NCBI RefSeq assembly: GCF_036971445.1
Contig: NC_091470.1
Location: 105,896,001 to 105,960,000, forward strand
DNA length: 64,000 bases
Reading direction: 5' to 3'
DNA from: Narcine bancroftii
Taxonomy: Eukaryota
Under the pieces are notes generated by a model. That model saw only the letters and a list, made by a program, of their open reading frames with translations, was not told the origin of the DNA and searched no databases. Below are positions 1 to 13,539 of this stretch, piece after piece (positions within the stretch are counted from its first letter, which is position 1; each line of letters begins with the position of its first letter). Position numbers and translations under genes: made by a program.

Positions 1-2137
1 TGATGAGGGGTGGAATGCTCTCCCACCTTGGGACCTTGCACCTGTCTGCAGATCCCCTGGTGCCTGCAACCCTCTTGGTCCACTACCAAGCATGGGAACT
101 GCCATCTCTACCACAGATCTCCATGGTTCAAAATGAAATTTTAACATTTTATATTTAGATATACAGCATGGTTACAGACCCTCTCAGTCCATGCCGCCCA
201 ATTAACTACAACCCCCATACTGCACATTTTGGAGGAAACTGGAGGACCTGGAGGAAACCTACGTAGACACGGGAAGAATGTACAAACTTCTCACAGACAG
301 CACTGGACTTGAACCCAGATGGCTAATGTTGTAATAGCATTGTAACCACTACAACTGTCCCTTTGATGTTATACAAAAAAAACACCAATGACTCTTCCTA
401 CGGCCGTTTAAAACTTATATGGGGCTGCTGGCATCAGGACTCCACAGAGGAGCGCCGTGTCTCCACTCCCCCAGTGGCAGTACTGCTGTCACCGTGGCCG
501 CAGCGGCACCGCCACTTGGGACCTGAAACACCGGCTCGTTCCTCGCTCCAGTGATGCGACCCAACGTGTTAAGGCTGCCCTGTGAACCAAGGTGGCCGGG
601 ATGAGCAGCTGGAGGGAAACACAAAGTCGGACATCACACAAAACAAAATCTCAGCATCTTAAAGAAATGGAAGGCAAGAAGCCAAAGCTATTTGCTTTTG
701 CCTGAAGCATACCGCAAAAGAAAGTGCTCGATAAGCATTCCTTAAAACAGATTCTAATGATCCAACTGGTTTGGCTGCCACTTCATTCTGCCATCAGCAC
801 AAATCTATATTTAGATGTAATTAAGACACCGTTCCTACTGAACATTTACCTACAGTCAAATACTTTGCTCATAGCATCATACTTACATAGAAGCAACAAT
901 ATTCCACTTCAAAAGCCTTGCCACTTCACTATGTAACAAAACATCGGCATAATAAGACAATTATGAACATTGAGAAAAACAAATAGAATACAGGGACTGA
1001 GACGGTTTTGAATTTGCAGCACAAAAAAATATTCAAATGATGCTGTAATGTTTTTATACTCCCTACAAGATTTCCTCAGTTGTTAGGAATGAAAGTGAAT
1101 TAAACCAACAATGGCACAAGCCCTCTGGAGAAATTAAGGCAAAAAGGAAATCAGGAATGATTGGTGAATGAAAATGGCTTCAAATCTCTCAAATTTCTTA
1201 AAATACTTCACACAGAATTAACTTTATTCCAATATTAAAGCTTTACAATTTAATAGACCGTTGTTACACAGGTCTCCGCAGACATCCTTTTGCAAAGTGA
1301 AGAACTGCAGCTAAACAGCATTAGTGTTGGTTTAGATGTGATGAGAGTCCTGTTGTAATGGAAATAAAACTCTAAAATCTTTAATATGTAAACAAACCAA
1401 AGGAGAAAGGAAATGCCAGCCCCCCCCCCCACCATAACCGGAGTCAGGTTGCTGACTGTACAGCGCTCCCTTGGTTGTGCATTGGAATGATCAGTTTAAT
1501 ATTCAGATGACAGCAAGGCTTGGATCCACAATCCCTCAACAAAGAACAAACAAAAAGAGAAATTTTAATCAGCTTGATTTCATTTACAACTTAGATCGTT
1601 CATTCAGGTGCCTGGCCGTTTGGTGTGGGCGATCATGCCTCTCCATCCATCACGGTCTCCAACCCTCCAAATTGTAGTGTTGCCTCCCCTGTTTCTAACC
1701 ATAATGTTAATCCATCTATCATTTTCATTCTCTGTCTGCCTCTGCTTCTTGATATTACACAAGAGTATTAACTGACAAAGACAAGCAGTGTCCAAGAAAA
1801 GGCCTTGGGGGAAATGAAATGAATGATATAATGTTATAGGAAATAGGACTGCTCGCATCGACTGAAATGCGACCCTCAAACAGACGATGATGCATGAGGA
1901 GGTGGAAATCATACGAGAGATATGTAAATAAAAACATTTAAAATTATATCTTGATAAGTTTCTGCCAGGGTTATCATAACAAGGAGCTTGCTTTCATGTG
2001 AAAGATCAACAGTAGATCATCTAATATTTCAACAATGATGCTGAGTTCCAAACCACAAACAATTTCTGTGAGGTGTACTTCCAGATCAGGAAATCTTAAA
2101 GGGAATGAAAGCATTTTTAAAAAAAATTTTTTTAGAC

Positions 2138-2488
2138 CAGAGGTCTCCAAACTTTTTTACACCTTCGACTCCTTCATGGAATACTTGATCCTTCATTGAC
2201 CCCCAGGTATGGAATCCCGGCGCTTGACATGGGGAAGGGTACAAAGACCACCTTCATTTTTCTTCTGCCCTCTGCCCGTCCTCCCATTTACTCTCAACTT
2301 ATTCAAAGGCTGAAGTCAAATACAACATGGCAGCCACCAAGGCTCTGTCTCGCGAGAGGTTGGCCGCCACTGCCATAGACACTATTTTCCGTTGATCAGC
2401 CCCTGCTTCTCACCGCAAAAGTTCAATCGACCTCATTTTGACCCTTGGATAATCCCATCGACTCCCAGGACCACTTTGGAGACCCCTG
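2138..2488. mobile_element. hAT MITE inserted in a SINE tail
   Basis: TIRs cagaggtctccaaa / tttggagacccctg; degenerate 8-bp TSD ttttagac/atttcgac. Confidence 0.7.
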
Positions 2489-4934
2489 ATTTCGACATAC
2501 TACAGGGCCTTTCGGCCCATGAGTCTGTGCTGTCCAATTTACACCTAATTAACCTACAACCAACATTCTGAATGGTGGGAGGAAACCGGAGCCCTCAGAG
2601 GAAACCCATGTGGACCCGGGTAGACATACAAACTCCTTACAGACAGTGTGGGATTCGAAACCTGGTCCCAATTGCTGCTGCTGTAAAGGCAACGTGCTAA
2701 CTGTTACGCGAACCGTGCCATCTATCAGCTTGCTGATTTTGTTGGCCATGGCACATTAACAGTGAAATCATATATTAGGTTTGCATTGTACATGATATAA
2801 TGAACTTTATAGCATCAATTGCAAATGATTATTCAGCTAAACTTTAGTCATTAAAGCTTACAGACAGTTTTAACACATTACTGCACAGGTGTGTTACTAT
2901 GTCTTCCCCGCATGCTTTTCAATCTGGCCCTTTCCATTTTCAGTGTCTGTGAATTACAACCCCATATCCAAGACACACAGGATGTTGGTGGAAAAGGCTA
3001 CGTACATACGAGGACCTGAAGCAGGACGAGGACGATTAACCCTTCAAGCTTGTTTTACCTTTCAGTAATATCAGGACTAATCTAATCCTGGCTCAGCACA
3101 ATTTCTTTTTGGCTGTTTGACTTGTTCAGCGTTTAACTTGACCTCTAATCTCGACATTTCAACAGCTCTCAGGGGTAGAGAATCCCCAAAATTCCCAACC
3201 CGCCAGCAGAAGAGACTCTTCCTCTACCATCCGAAATGTGCAAGCTTTTATTCTGAAACAGACAACCTTTCACACTGACACAGCCAAGCTTATTCTGAAA
3301 TTATATGTCCTTGTGTACATAACCCTTCTAAGGGAATCATCCTCTCATTTTACCTTGTCCACCCCATTCAGATTCTTATCGGTTTCATTGAGAGCCACCT
3401 TCCTTCTTCTGAAAGGTGCTTTTACCTTTTTTGATGCATCATCCATTTTGCAAACAACCTTGTGCACACACTCTGCACTGCCTCCAGTGCAAGTATTAGC
3501 ATTCCTTAAATACGGAGAGCATAACTACACACATTGCTCCAATTACTTTTGAAAACCTTCCTATAAGTATGACCCATATACTCACCGACCCCATTGCTAC
3601 TCAGGAAAATGAACACATTGCACCCTGCACCTTAAGGAGGTGTTCTCTATAGGATTATCTGACAGCTCAAACAGGCCTTGGAACTGGAGGAGGAACAATC
3701 GAATATCTGGGGTCAACACAAAAGTCTGGAGACACCGTGACTGAAGTAAAAACACAATGCTGGAGAAACTCAGCAGGTCAAAAAAATGCTTTATATAGCA
3801 AAGATAAAAATATATATAACCAACGTTTTGGACTTGAGCCCTTTATCAAGGCATGGACAAAATGTGGACAGGTGCATGAACAAAATGGGCAGGCGCCTGC
3901 CTACATTTTGTCCATACCCCGATGAAGGGCTCAAGCCTGAAACGTTGGTTACGTAGCTTTATCTTTGCAATTGAATTTCTGGGACCAGGCAACATTTAAT
4001 CTTTTATCAAATGGAGGGAACCTTGGAGTTCAGATGCACTAGAAGTAGACGTAGGATTAAATTGATCTAGACTGATCATTGAGTTCATAGTCTGTGAACT
4101 GACAAAAAGCTTGGCGAATGCAAACATCATGTTTGAGATATTGCAAGTTCCTCCTCACAGGACATGCAGATGTAATAACTGGCAGAATTTTTCAAAAAAG
4201 AAATCAACCAGTGACAATTGGAAGTTTTCTTTCTGTTGTATTTTTAATGTTTAAAATTTATCCATACAGCACGGTAACAAGGCCTCCCGGCCCATGAGGC
4301 TGTACCATCAAAATACCCCAATTAACCTACAACCCCTATACGTTTTGAAGGGTGGGAGGAAACTTGAGGACCCAAAGGAAACCCACCCAGGCACCAGGAG
4401 ATCGCGTAAATTCCTTAGGGACAGCACCGGATTCGAACTAGGTCACTGGTGTTGCAATAGAATTGTGTTAATAATTACACTAATCGTTTTAAAGTCTAAT
4501 TTTGGTTGCCTCAAATACAGAAAATTATCGTGCATCCCTCAGTGAAAATACTTTCCTGAAGTTTTAGCATTATTATTAAACACAGACAAAAACTGCAGTA
4601 GTTATTTGTTCCCCTTGTTTTTATCTCTCTCTTTCTGGCAAGCACAGATCTTGCATTGTAAAATACAAAATAAATTTGTGGTAATAAAGCTTTTGGTGAT
4701 TTCCTCCGGCTTGGTTTCACATAATGTTTAAAAATCCAAAAGATTTTTGTCAGAAACTGCAAATAAAAGCAGTCAATTATTTTGCTTCCAGGTTACTGAC
4801 TCATATTGTAGCAATGCCACCTTTCTGAATAAAAATGTCTAAGTGAAATAACTACCCACGGAAAAAAGTTTGAAAATATTAATGAGTGCAGACTTAACTG
4901 CTTTCCCAGCAAAGCATGACTATGGTGTTCCATT

Positions 4935-5700
4935 GGAGTACAATGTTGGTAAATGTGAGGTTATCCACTTTGGAAGGAAACATGGAAGATCGCATTATTA
5001 TTTAATGGTAAGCAATTGCAGCAAGCTTCCATGCAGAAGGACTCGGGAGTGCTTGTGCATGAATCGCAGAAGGTTGGTTTTCACGTGCAGCTGGCTATCA
5101 AGAAGTCTAATGGAATGTTGGCCATTGCTAGAAGGATGAAATTTAGAAGCAGGGAGGTTATGCTGCAACTCTATAAGGTACTGGTGAGACAGCCTCTGGA
5201 GTACTACATGCAGTTCTGGTCTCCATAATTGAGAAAGGATATATGGCTTTGGAAGTTCACCAGGTTGAATCCAGAGATGAGGGGGTTAGCCTATGAGGAG
5301 AGATTGAATTGTCTGGGACTTTACTCATTGGAATTTACAATGAGAGGGATCTCATAGAAACATATAAAATGATGAAAGGCAGAGGTAGTTAGAGGTAGGT
5401 AAGTTGTTTACTTTGGTAGGGGAGACTAGAACAAGGGGTCATAGACTCAAGATTCAGGGTATAGATTTTCCCAGAGGGTGGTGAATCTATGGAATTCACT
5501 GACCATTGAAGCAGTGGAGGCGACCTCAGAAAATATATTTAAGACAAGGTTGGATAGATTTTACATAATACGGGAATTTAAGAGATATGGTGAAAAGGCA
5601 GGTGATCTGATGAGATTATCATCAGATCAGCCGTGATCTCCATTGAATGGCAGCGCAGGCTCGACAAGCTGAATGGCTGATTCCTGCTCCTACTTATGAT
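4935..5700 (+). mobile_element. CR1-type LINE 3' fragment
   Basis: KCEVIHFG, LYKVLVR..LEY..QFWSP peptides; typical 3' end. Confidence 0.85.
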
Positions 5701-6169
5701 AAGATTTATCAATCAAAAAGGGGTGGCAGAGTGATGCAGTTAGTAAACCCACTGTCTCTCAGTGTCAGAGATCCAGTCAATCTCAACCTTTGCATGCTGT
5801 CTGGGTGGAGTTTGCACATTCTTCCTGGGATTTTGTGCCCCCCCCCCAATTGTCTCGGCTGCTCCTGTTCCCTCCCACATCCTGAAGATGTAAATTATTT
5901 GACTACTGTAGTGTGTCCTCATATAGAAATGAAAGGTAGAATCTTGAGGGGGGGGGGGGGGTGGAATTGATGAGAATGTGGGGAGAATTTAAAAAAAACA
6001 AGTAGGATTCAGGGAGTGGAAATGAGAAGTTGACTGGATTCGATGGGTCACAGGGCCTGTTTCTGTGCCATATCACTCTGATTCCTCATGCGAATGATAA
6101 AATGATAAGGAAGCAGGGATATTTCTGAAAATCATTAACAATATCGTTGGGTGTTCCATGATTACTTAC

Positions 6170-6358
6170 CGTCTCATGACTCTGTGGTTTTCCTTGCATT
6201 TTTTGATGATAATCAAAGGTCAATCTATCCAGCACTGCGTGTTCCTCCTCATCCACTGTAGCCATTGACCGCTCTTTGTTTATCTTGTCAATGTCAATGG
6301 TTTCCTCGCCTTCTAGGATTGCATTCCACCAGTACTCTCCATTTTTGCTCAGGTTAAT
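6170..6358 (-). CDS. NUDCD3: NUDCD3 coding exon 5 (INLSKNGEYWWNAILEGEE...QKMQGKPQSHET)
   Basis: Lies in ORF 6086..6406 and is near-identical to the NUDCD3 C-terminal region; aacag| acceptor, ACG|gtaagt donor; 189 nt. Final exon not found in window. Confidence 0.96.
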
Positions 6359-8884
6359 CTGTTTAGCAGAATGACAAAATATTAGTTCCTTTGCAAAACT
6401 ACACATTTAAAATGTCACTGAGAATAATCAATGTGTGACCAGAACAAGCACGATGATCTACTCTATTAACACATAGATCAGCATTTGATATCATTTAGCA
6501 CTGGACGTAGAATAGTACAGACCTTTCAGTCCAAGATGTTGTTCCCACCTATATACACCTTAAAAAAAATCCCTTCATACCTCATTTTTATTTCATCTGT
6601 GTTCCTGTCTAAAAGCACTCAAATGCCTCTTCTGTTCCAGACTCCACTACCACCACCCTTGGCATCCACAATTCTTAATGTCTCCCCTTAACCTTCCTCC
6701 CTTCACTTTGTACAGATGTCCTCTGGTGTTTGCTACTGCCACCCTGAGAAAAAGGTCCTGGTCTTATCTAAGCCTCTCATAATCTATTTTCTTGAAGAGG
6801 TTACATTAATAAAATATCATTTTATCTCTTAAAAATTCCATCTGCAAATTAATATGCAAAGAGAGAAAGACAAATCAATCAAATGATCAGTCTTTTACTC
6901 CAATGAATACATCACCTATGTCAAACAAAGACACTAATTCAAAATCAATGGATTTATATGTGATTATGAATTGCATATAATAGACCTTGTAAGAATAATA
7001 TAGCAAGTCGAGCAGGGGGGTTAAGAATGCAGCCCTGTGGCTCTCCTGAATACCACCTGAATTAAGCAACTGCGCTTTGGTTTAACCTCCAATTCAAAAG
7101 GGCAGCCCTTTAACAGAGCAGTATTGACGCCTTTGTCTGGAATGTGAGCTCCAGTTTCTGGAATTAGATTTGATCACAAAACCTTTCTGACGCAAGATTC
7201 CAAGCAATGGATTTATAAATGACCAGGCTCCTTTTGTACTCCAATTAATGACTAAACATCTTCTTGAAGCTGGAATTGTCTGGGAAACTATTTTTCAGCG
7301 TCAATCTCTGCCCATTTCTTGTCAGCCTACAAATAAAATCATTCTACATTTCTGACTGAGACTGATAATGTTTATGTGCACCTTTGAGTTTTTCCATGAC
7401 CAATATTAATGTTATATATCTCCAAAAAATTTGGGTATTTTGAAAGCGGAAACAATTTAAAAAAAAACCACCTACAAAGTTTCGATATCAGTTATAAATG
7501 CACAAAAATTGAAAAGAATTTGGAGCAACCTATTTCTTCTCTAGTTGATGAGGCAAATAAGAGAGACTGGGATAAAAGTAAAACATGAAAGTCAGTGGTT
7601 AAAGTAAAAAAAACACAATGCTGGAAAAACTCACCAGGTCATATAGCAAAGATAAAGATTTGAGTTTGAGCACTTCACCAAGGTATCAGGATTGGGATAA
7701 AAGTTGGAAATCTCTACATTGTTATTGGGTCTGCACAATATTACTCTGAAGACTGCCTGCTTATTTCGATTATATTCAGTGTGCCGTGTGGTGCAACCCA
7801 TCTAAGTTATCTATTATCTATTAGGTATTAGCTGATATCCCTCTCAATATTTTATATCTTATGTGCCTTTCTAAATACCCTCCTCTACCACCACCTCTGG
7901 CTGCTCCATATAAATAACCACCACCCTGTGTGTGGAAAAAGTTGCCCCTCAGGTATGTTTTGAATCTTTCCCCTCACCTTATAGTTTTAGACTCAGGAAA
8001 AAATATGACCATATCTAACCCCCTCATGATTTTCTATACTTTTAACAAGGAGCCCCCTTAACTTTCCTCACTTTGGGAAGAAAAGTCCCAGTCTCTCTTA
8101 ATAACTCAAGCCCACCAGTCCCAGTAACACTCTTGGAAATCCTTTCGGCACCCCTTCCAGTTTAATGACACCCTTACTTCAGCTGAGCACCAAAACTGCA
8201 ATATGTTCTCATCAACGTCTTATTGATAAATTTAATTTTTTTTGTTTACAACACTGGAGAAGCCAATTCTGGTCAATGCTGCCCAATTACACCCAATTAA
8301 CCTACATCTCTGCACGTTTTGGAGGGTAGGAGGAAACCGAAGCACCCTGAAGAAAACCACGTTATGGAGACAAGTACAACTTCCTTACAGACAACGCCCG
8401 ATTCTAACCCAATTCACTGCCGTAGTCATCCCAATGAGGAGAAGCAGAGGAGATGGCATTTTAGGGAAAGTGACTATGGCAGCGGACCAGCCAAGGGCTC
8501 AGGGACCCATACAGGCTGCGGGTGGCTTACGGTCAGGTATCAAGACCAGGATTCATGAAGATACTGATGGCAAGAAAGGGCTTTTGTAAGGCCTTGGGTG
8601 CTGATGGCTTCCTGATAGCGTTGGAGGTTTGGATCTGGAGCTCGGGTCTGTGTGGCTGCAGGAGCACTGATAACAAATTCGCATTCACTCTGAAGGGTCT
8701 CTCTTTTGTTACGCTTGTGATATCAATGTTAACTTTGTCTGCCTTTCGGCAGGCAGAAGGCAATTTCACATACTATTACAGGTTCTGTACTATCACATGA
8801 CAATAAAGGAACCTTGAATAAAGAAATCTTGAATCATGTGGTGCTAATTCTTATGCTAACCGTGCTGCCCGACGTTATACTGAT

Positions 8885-9376
8885 GTGAGAGTGAACAGTT
8901 CCTTTGGTCGTTCAGTGTTCTCACTGCCCGTGGGACGAATCTGTTCCTCAGCCTGGCGGTGACTCTGACACTCCTGTATCTCTTCCCCTGGTGAGAGGAG
9001 CTGGAAGATGCTGTGTGAAGGGTGGAAGGGGTCCTCAATGATTTTGCACGCCCTCTCTTCAGATAACGATCCCGGAAGACATGTCAACTGGTGGGGGGGG
9101 GGGGGGGCATTTCTGGTCCTGTAGATTGACCTTTGATCCATTTCTCTTCTCTGCAGCAACTGTAACCCACTTATGATGCAGATGGCCAGGATGCACTTGA
9201 TAGAGCTCCTGTAGAAGGTTGGCATGATGGCAGCCGGTAGCCTTGCCCGCTTCAGTCTTCTCAGGAAGTGCAGTCGCTGTTGTGCCTTCCTGACAAGTGA
9301 GGAGATGTGGAGTGTCCACGATAGGTCACCAGTTAAGTGAACTCCAAGGGACTTGCTGTTCTTCACCACTTCTCTC
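8885..9376 (-). mobile_element. Rex1/Babar LINE fragment
   Basis: LGVHLTGDLSW..KAQQRLHFLRRLK peptide in ORF 8875..9369. Confidence 0.85.
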
Positions 9377-11883
9377 TAGTATCTAAGGAGGGAAAAAAAA
9401 ACCAGGCAGCTGCTAAATAAAATGGTGGATGGGCAGGGGTGGGGAGAAGGAGGAGGGAGAAAGGATGATCTTCCGCAACTGCAGATTTTCTTCTTTAATT
9501 CAACCTCGACAGTGGTTTTTGTATTGCAATGGCCGGTTATTGTAAACAAGAGAAATAAACTGTACACCCCAGGCTATTTTGCTACTCATACAAATGCCAG
9601 TAGCTGACCCCTAAGATGAGCTGCACCATAATTATAAAAATGCCATCCCAATGCAAACCTAATTCTAGAGTTACAGGAGGAATTTGTCATTAGTTTGATT
9701 TGATAAATGGAATTAGTGCTCCAAATTTCTTTTTCACATTTTCAGGATGGTGGCTTCTATTGTGGAGCTTTTTCTTTGTATCCTGACTGCTTCAGAGCAG
9801 CAATCTACAGAGCTATTCGCAGGAAGGGGAGAAATCAAATGACGCTATCCTGAGGCAGCGAAAAACGATAGGGATGGTGGCCAAGGGTGTCAAACAAGAT
9901 GAAGACGTGTTTTGAAAAGACTGATGTTTGTACATTAAAAAAAACCATGACCACAAGGAGAGGTTGATCCACATTTTGACAATCTCTGGTTAACAGATAA
10001 ATGTTAATCGATGAAATAACGATTTAAAAGTCTCCTGCGTGCACTTTGACATCAATGCCTTAGGGAATGAGAGGAGTGACTTGAGCAGATTAGTTGAACA
10101 TCAATGGGATGGGACTGGTTGCTGCAGCCATTCATAACCTTCAGTCTGTTTCATCCAGTGAAGCTGGCTTCAAAACTCAGGGTCTCATCAACATAAAATA
10201 AGACAGGAAAAGGAAAAAAAAATGTAATTACTGATCATTCTCTCCAAATTTAAAAGCGCCAATGCCATTTCGACAAACTGATGAAACTGATTGTGTGTCT
10301 GCCAGACATGTCTAGATATCACTAAATATCAGCAAGTGGGAAATCTGTTATGCTTGAGGTTTTGTGGCTTTTGTTAAAAGATAAATATATTTTCCATGCA
10401 GGTGGCTTATACAACCTACTGCTATCTGCACTAATGGTATCCTATGGAAAGTTACACATCTAATGTCTTTACTAGACACAGCATATGGTGAAGCGTTAAT
10501 CTATAAACACAAGCAATTTTTAAATAATGTAAAAAAAAATGCAAGTTTGGCATATGCCAGCAAAAATGCAGGGAACAAAGTAAATCATAAAGGTGACATC
10601 CTGTAACAAAGCTATATTCAAATCCAGGTCCCTGTGGACCTGTGGTACAAATTCCCAGCTGCTAAGCACGCAAGGGGCTGCCAATAGTTGCCGAGACCTA
10701 GAATCAGATAAAAAAAACTATCAAACCTCATACTGCATCTGTGGCAACAGTCCTGGCTGACTCCATCTCGATTCAGTACCTCAAGAACTTCCTGCATTTA
10801 GAATACATTCTGTTTGAAACTCCAGTGATATTTTATTTTTGAAATTCAAAGTAAATTGGCCTGTTGTTTTTTTTTATTGTTAGTCAATCAATACAGTGGA
10901 GCAATAAGATTTGGATGTGACTTCAAGAGAGGTAGACAAGATTATGAGAGGCATAGACAGTCAGCATCTTTTTTTCCAGGGAGTGAGTAGCAAACACATG
11001 TGCACAAAGTGAAGGGAGGAAAGTTTAGGGGAGACAGCAGAGGTAAAGCTTTTTTTTTAACAGAGTTGTGGGTGCCTGGAATGCATTGCCAGAGGCAGTA
11101 GTGAAAATTGGAACAATAAGGACATTTAAGAGACTCTTAGATAGGCTCATGGATGAAAGAAAAATTGAGGGTTATGAGGTAGGAAGGGTTTAGTTTTTTT
11201 TTGGGAAGGTATATACGGGTTAGCATAACATCATAGGCCGAATGGCCTGTACTGTGCTGCAATGTTCTATGGAGCAGCAGCGCAGGAGGCAAATCCATGG
11301 ACACTCGGTGTCCCTGAAGGGACCTCTCTTTCTCCATGAGATAGGGGCGCCAGGCTAGTAGAGCCTGCAAAAGCTAAGCAAATTACACAGTGCAAGCAAA
11401 AGTCAATAAATTACATATATTACGTAAAAGACAGTAAAGGAATCTTGAATCTACATTAGCAGTTGCAGCGATGTCTCTCATTGAAACACCCTCCCCAGTG
11501 TGAGGACTCTTCACCTGCAAGGGTAAAATGCAGAATTCTGTTGACACTGGTGGTTAAGTGAAAAAACACAACTGCTGGAGAAACTCAGCAGGTCAAAGAG
11601 TAACTTTTACACATGTACATATGGTTATTGTAGCCTACAGCTGCTACCTTGGATGAGATCACCTGGTCTGTTTACCTCAGTATCGCCATGACTTTTTCCC
11701 AGATTCTGCACCATAAATGAAATTGCATAACATGAATTTACTGATAAAGGAAACTTTCTCCTACCACACAAAAGGATGTTGTCCAGGAAAATCAGAATGA
11801 GAAGGACAACAACTTGAACTCATTATGGATGTTTCCTTGAGCCCAGACCATTGTAACTCAAACATTCACCCACTGTTGTCACT

Positions 11884-12250
11884 ACAGGTACACAATCCTT
11901 TATCCGGAACCCTTGGGGGACAGTGTGTTCTGAATTTCGGATTTTCCTGGATTTCGGAAAGCCCACCCAAATTGTGCTGCCGTATTCACACCTACCCACT
12001 TGCATTCGCGCTTCCATCTCACCCCCCCACCTCGCCCGCCCCACTCGCGCTGCCGGTCTGCCCCTCTCGCCCGCCCAACTTGCACTGCCTGTCTCTCCCC
12101 CACGCCCACCTGACTTGCGCTGCCGGTCTCTCCCCCTCGCCCAACTCGCGCTGCCGGTCTCTCGCCTGCCCAACTCATACTGCCGGTCTCTTGCCCACCC
12201 GACTCGCACTGCCATCTCTCTCTCCCCAATTGCCGGATTTTGGAGCTTTC
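11884..12250. mobile_element. DNA-transposon-like fragment with internal GC-rich minisatellite (about 12031-12227)
   Basis: Terminus tacaggtacacaatcctttatccgga; six degenerate actcgcgctgccggtct units at 29-35 bp spacing. Confidence 0.55.
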
Positions 12251-13539
12251 CATGGCACAAGGCACAATAAAGCTTATTTCAAATAATATAAATTCTATGT
12301 TGAAATAGTTTGGAACATTCTTACACAATTTTGAGAAACCAGGAATGGCTTGCACACATCTGAACATGAGTCTAGATTCAGGTTTTAAATAACAAAATGT
12401 GGGCTCATCTGGGTTCTCCTTAAACATTCCCCCCATGAGAAATCATCCATTACATATATACATCAATAGTCACAGAACCTGCTGAGTCAGCAGATTCAAA
12501 GGAATAAGGCAGAGAGGGAGCTGCCAAGGAGATGTGTGCATGTGTAGTGTTAAAGTACAATCTAATGCTATCAAAGCCTCTGTGCCTGTTACTCAGTGAT
12601 CAGAAGGCTCAAAACATTTTAAAAAAAACAGTGAGAAGTAGATTTCAGAAGCAGAAAAGCTGGAAAATAACTACAAACACAACAGATGCAGAGTTGGGCA
12701 GAAATATGGCAGATGGAGTTCAATTCAGTTAAGTGTGAAGTAATGCATTTTGGAAGGTCGAATTTGAAGCTGGTAGAATTGAGACATTGAAAAGACTCTG
12801 GAACACGTTGCTACATGAAAAATTGAGGGTTAAGGGCGTGAGGTATGGTAGGTTGAAATTGTTGAAGAAGTTTATATAACTCGGCACAACACCATGGTGC
12901 AAAGGGTTGTAATGTTCTCTGCACTATGATTAGAAATACAAAGATCAATTAACAATATTAATATTGGTTTTGCAGATGTTGTGGTGAAAATTGACTAGAA
13001 AATAAATTCCAGCATAATCAAATATGGTGGCTTGAGTTTTCAGGTACAAAGCTTCTTGCCCCATTTCACACATGCAAAACATATCCGATGGAGCACAATT
13101 TAGTGAACAGAATGTGCAAAATGAATTATTAGCCCTCGCCATACGAAGGCAGACAATTTCCCGTCTATCCTGGAGGCGCACAGTAAACCCAAGTTTAGCT
13201 AACTTATCAGAGACCAGAAGCCGCACTCTGGGAGAGTCAAGAAGTATGCGTATGAAGCATATCCATTAAGAAAAGCCCATCGTGGCTGTAACCTGAAAAC
13301 CGATAATTACTTTCAGGTAATGGGCAGAAACTCGCCCTCTGTGGCATTCCACTTCAGTGAACTTCAATGTTATTGAATTTCAGAAGCAGAAATCTATACA
13401 CACTCATTACTATATTGGGCTACTCATGTGTACAATGAAATTCTAGTTCACAAACAGCTCATCCACAAAGTCCCAAATAAGAGGCCAATCTTCACTTTTA
13501 GACTTTCCCTCGTGTTAAGACGTAGAGTTGTACCACATA

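Noticed and set aside
1-6169. NUDCD3 terminal exon (KVHEMLKKGWDAEGSPF-like)
   Set aside because: Not found by eye; probably lies left of the window.
11400-11530. Cryptic NUDCD3 exon after a strong minus-strand acceptor (ttttacccttgcag|gtg)
   Set aside because: No homology to NUDCD3; exons 4 and 5 already join in frame.
11823-12436. Four overlapping ORFs of 115-178 aa
   Set aside because: Produced by a stop-poor GC minisatellite.
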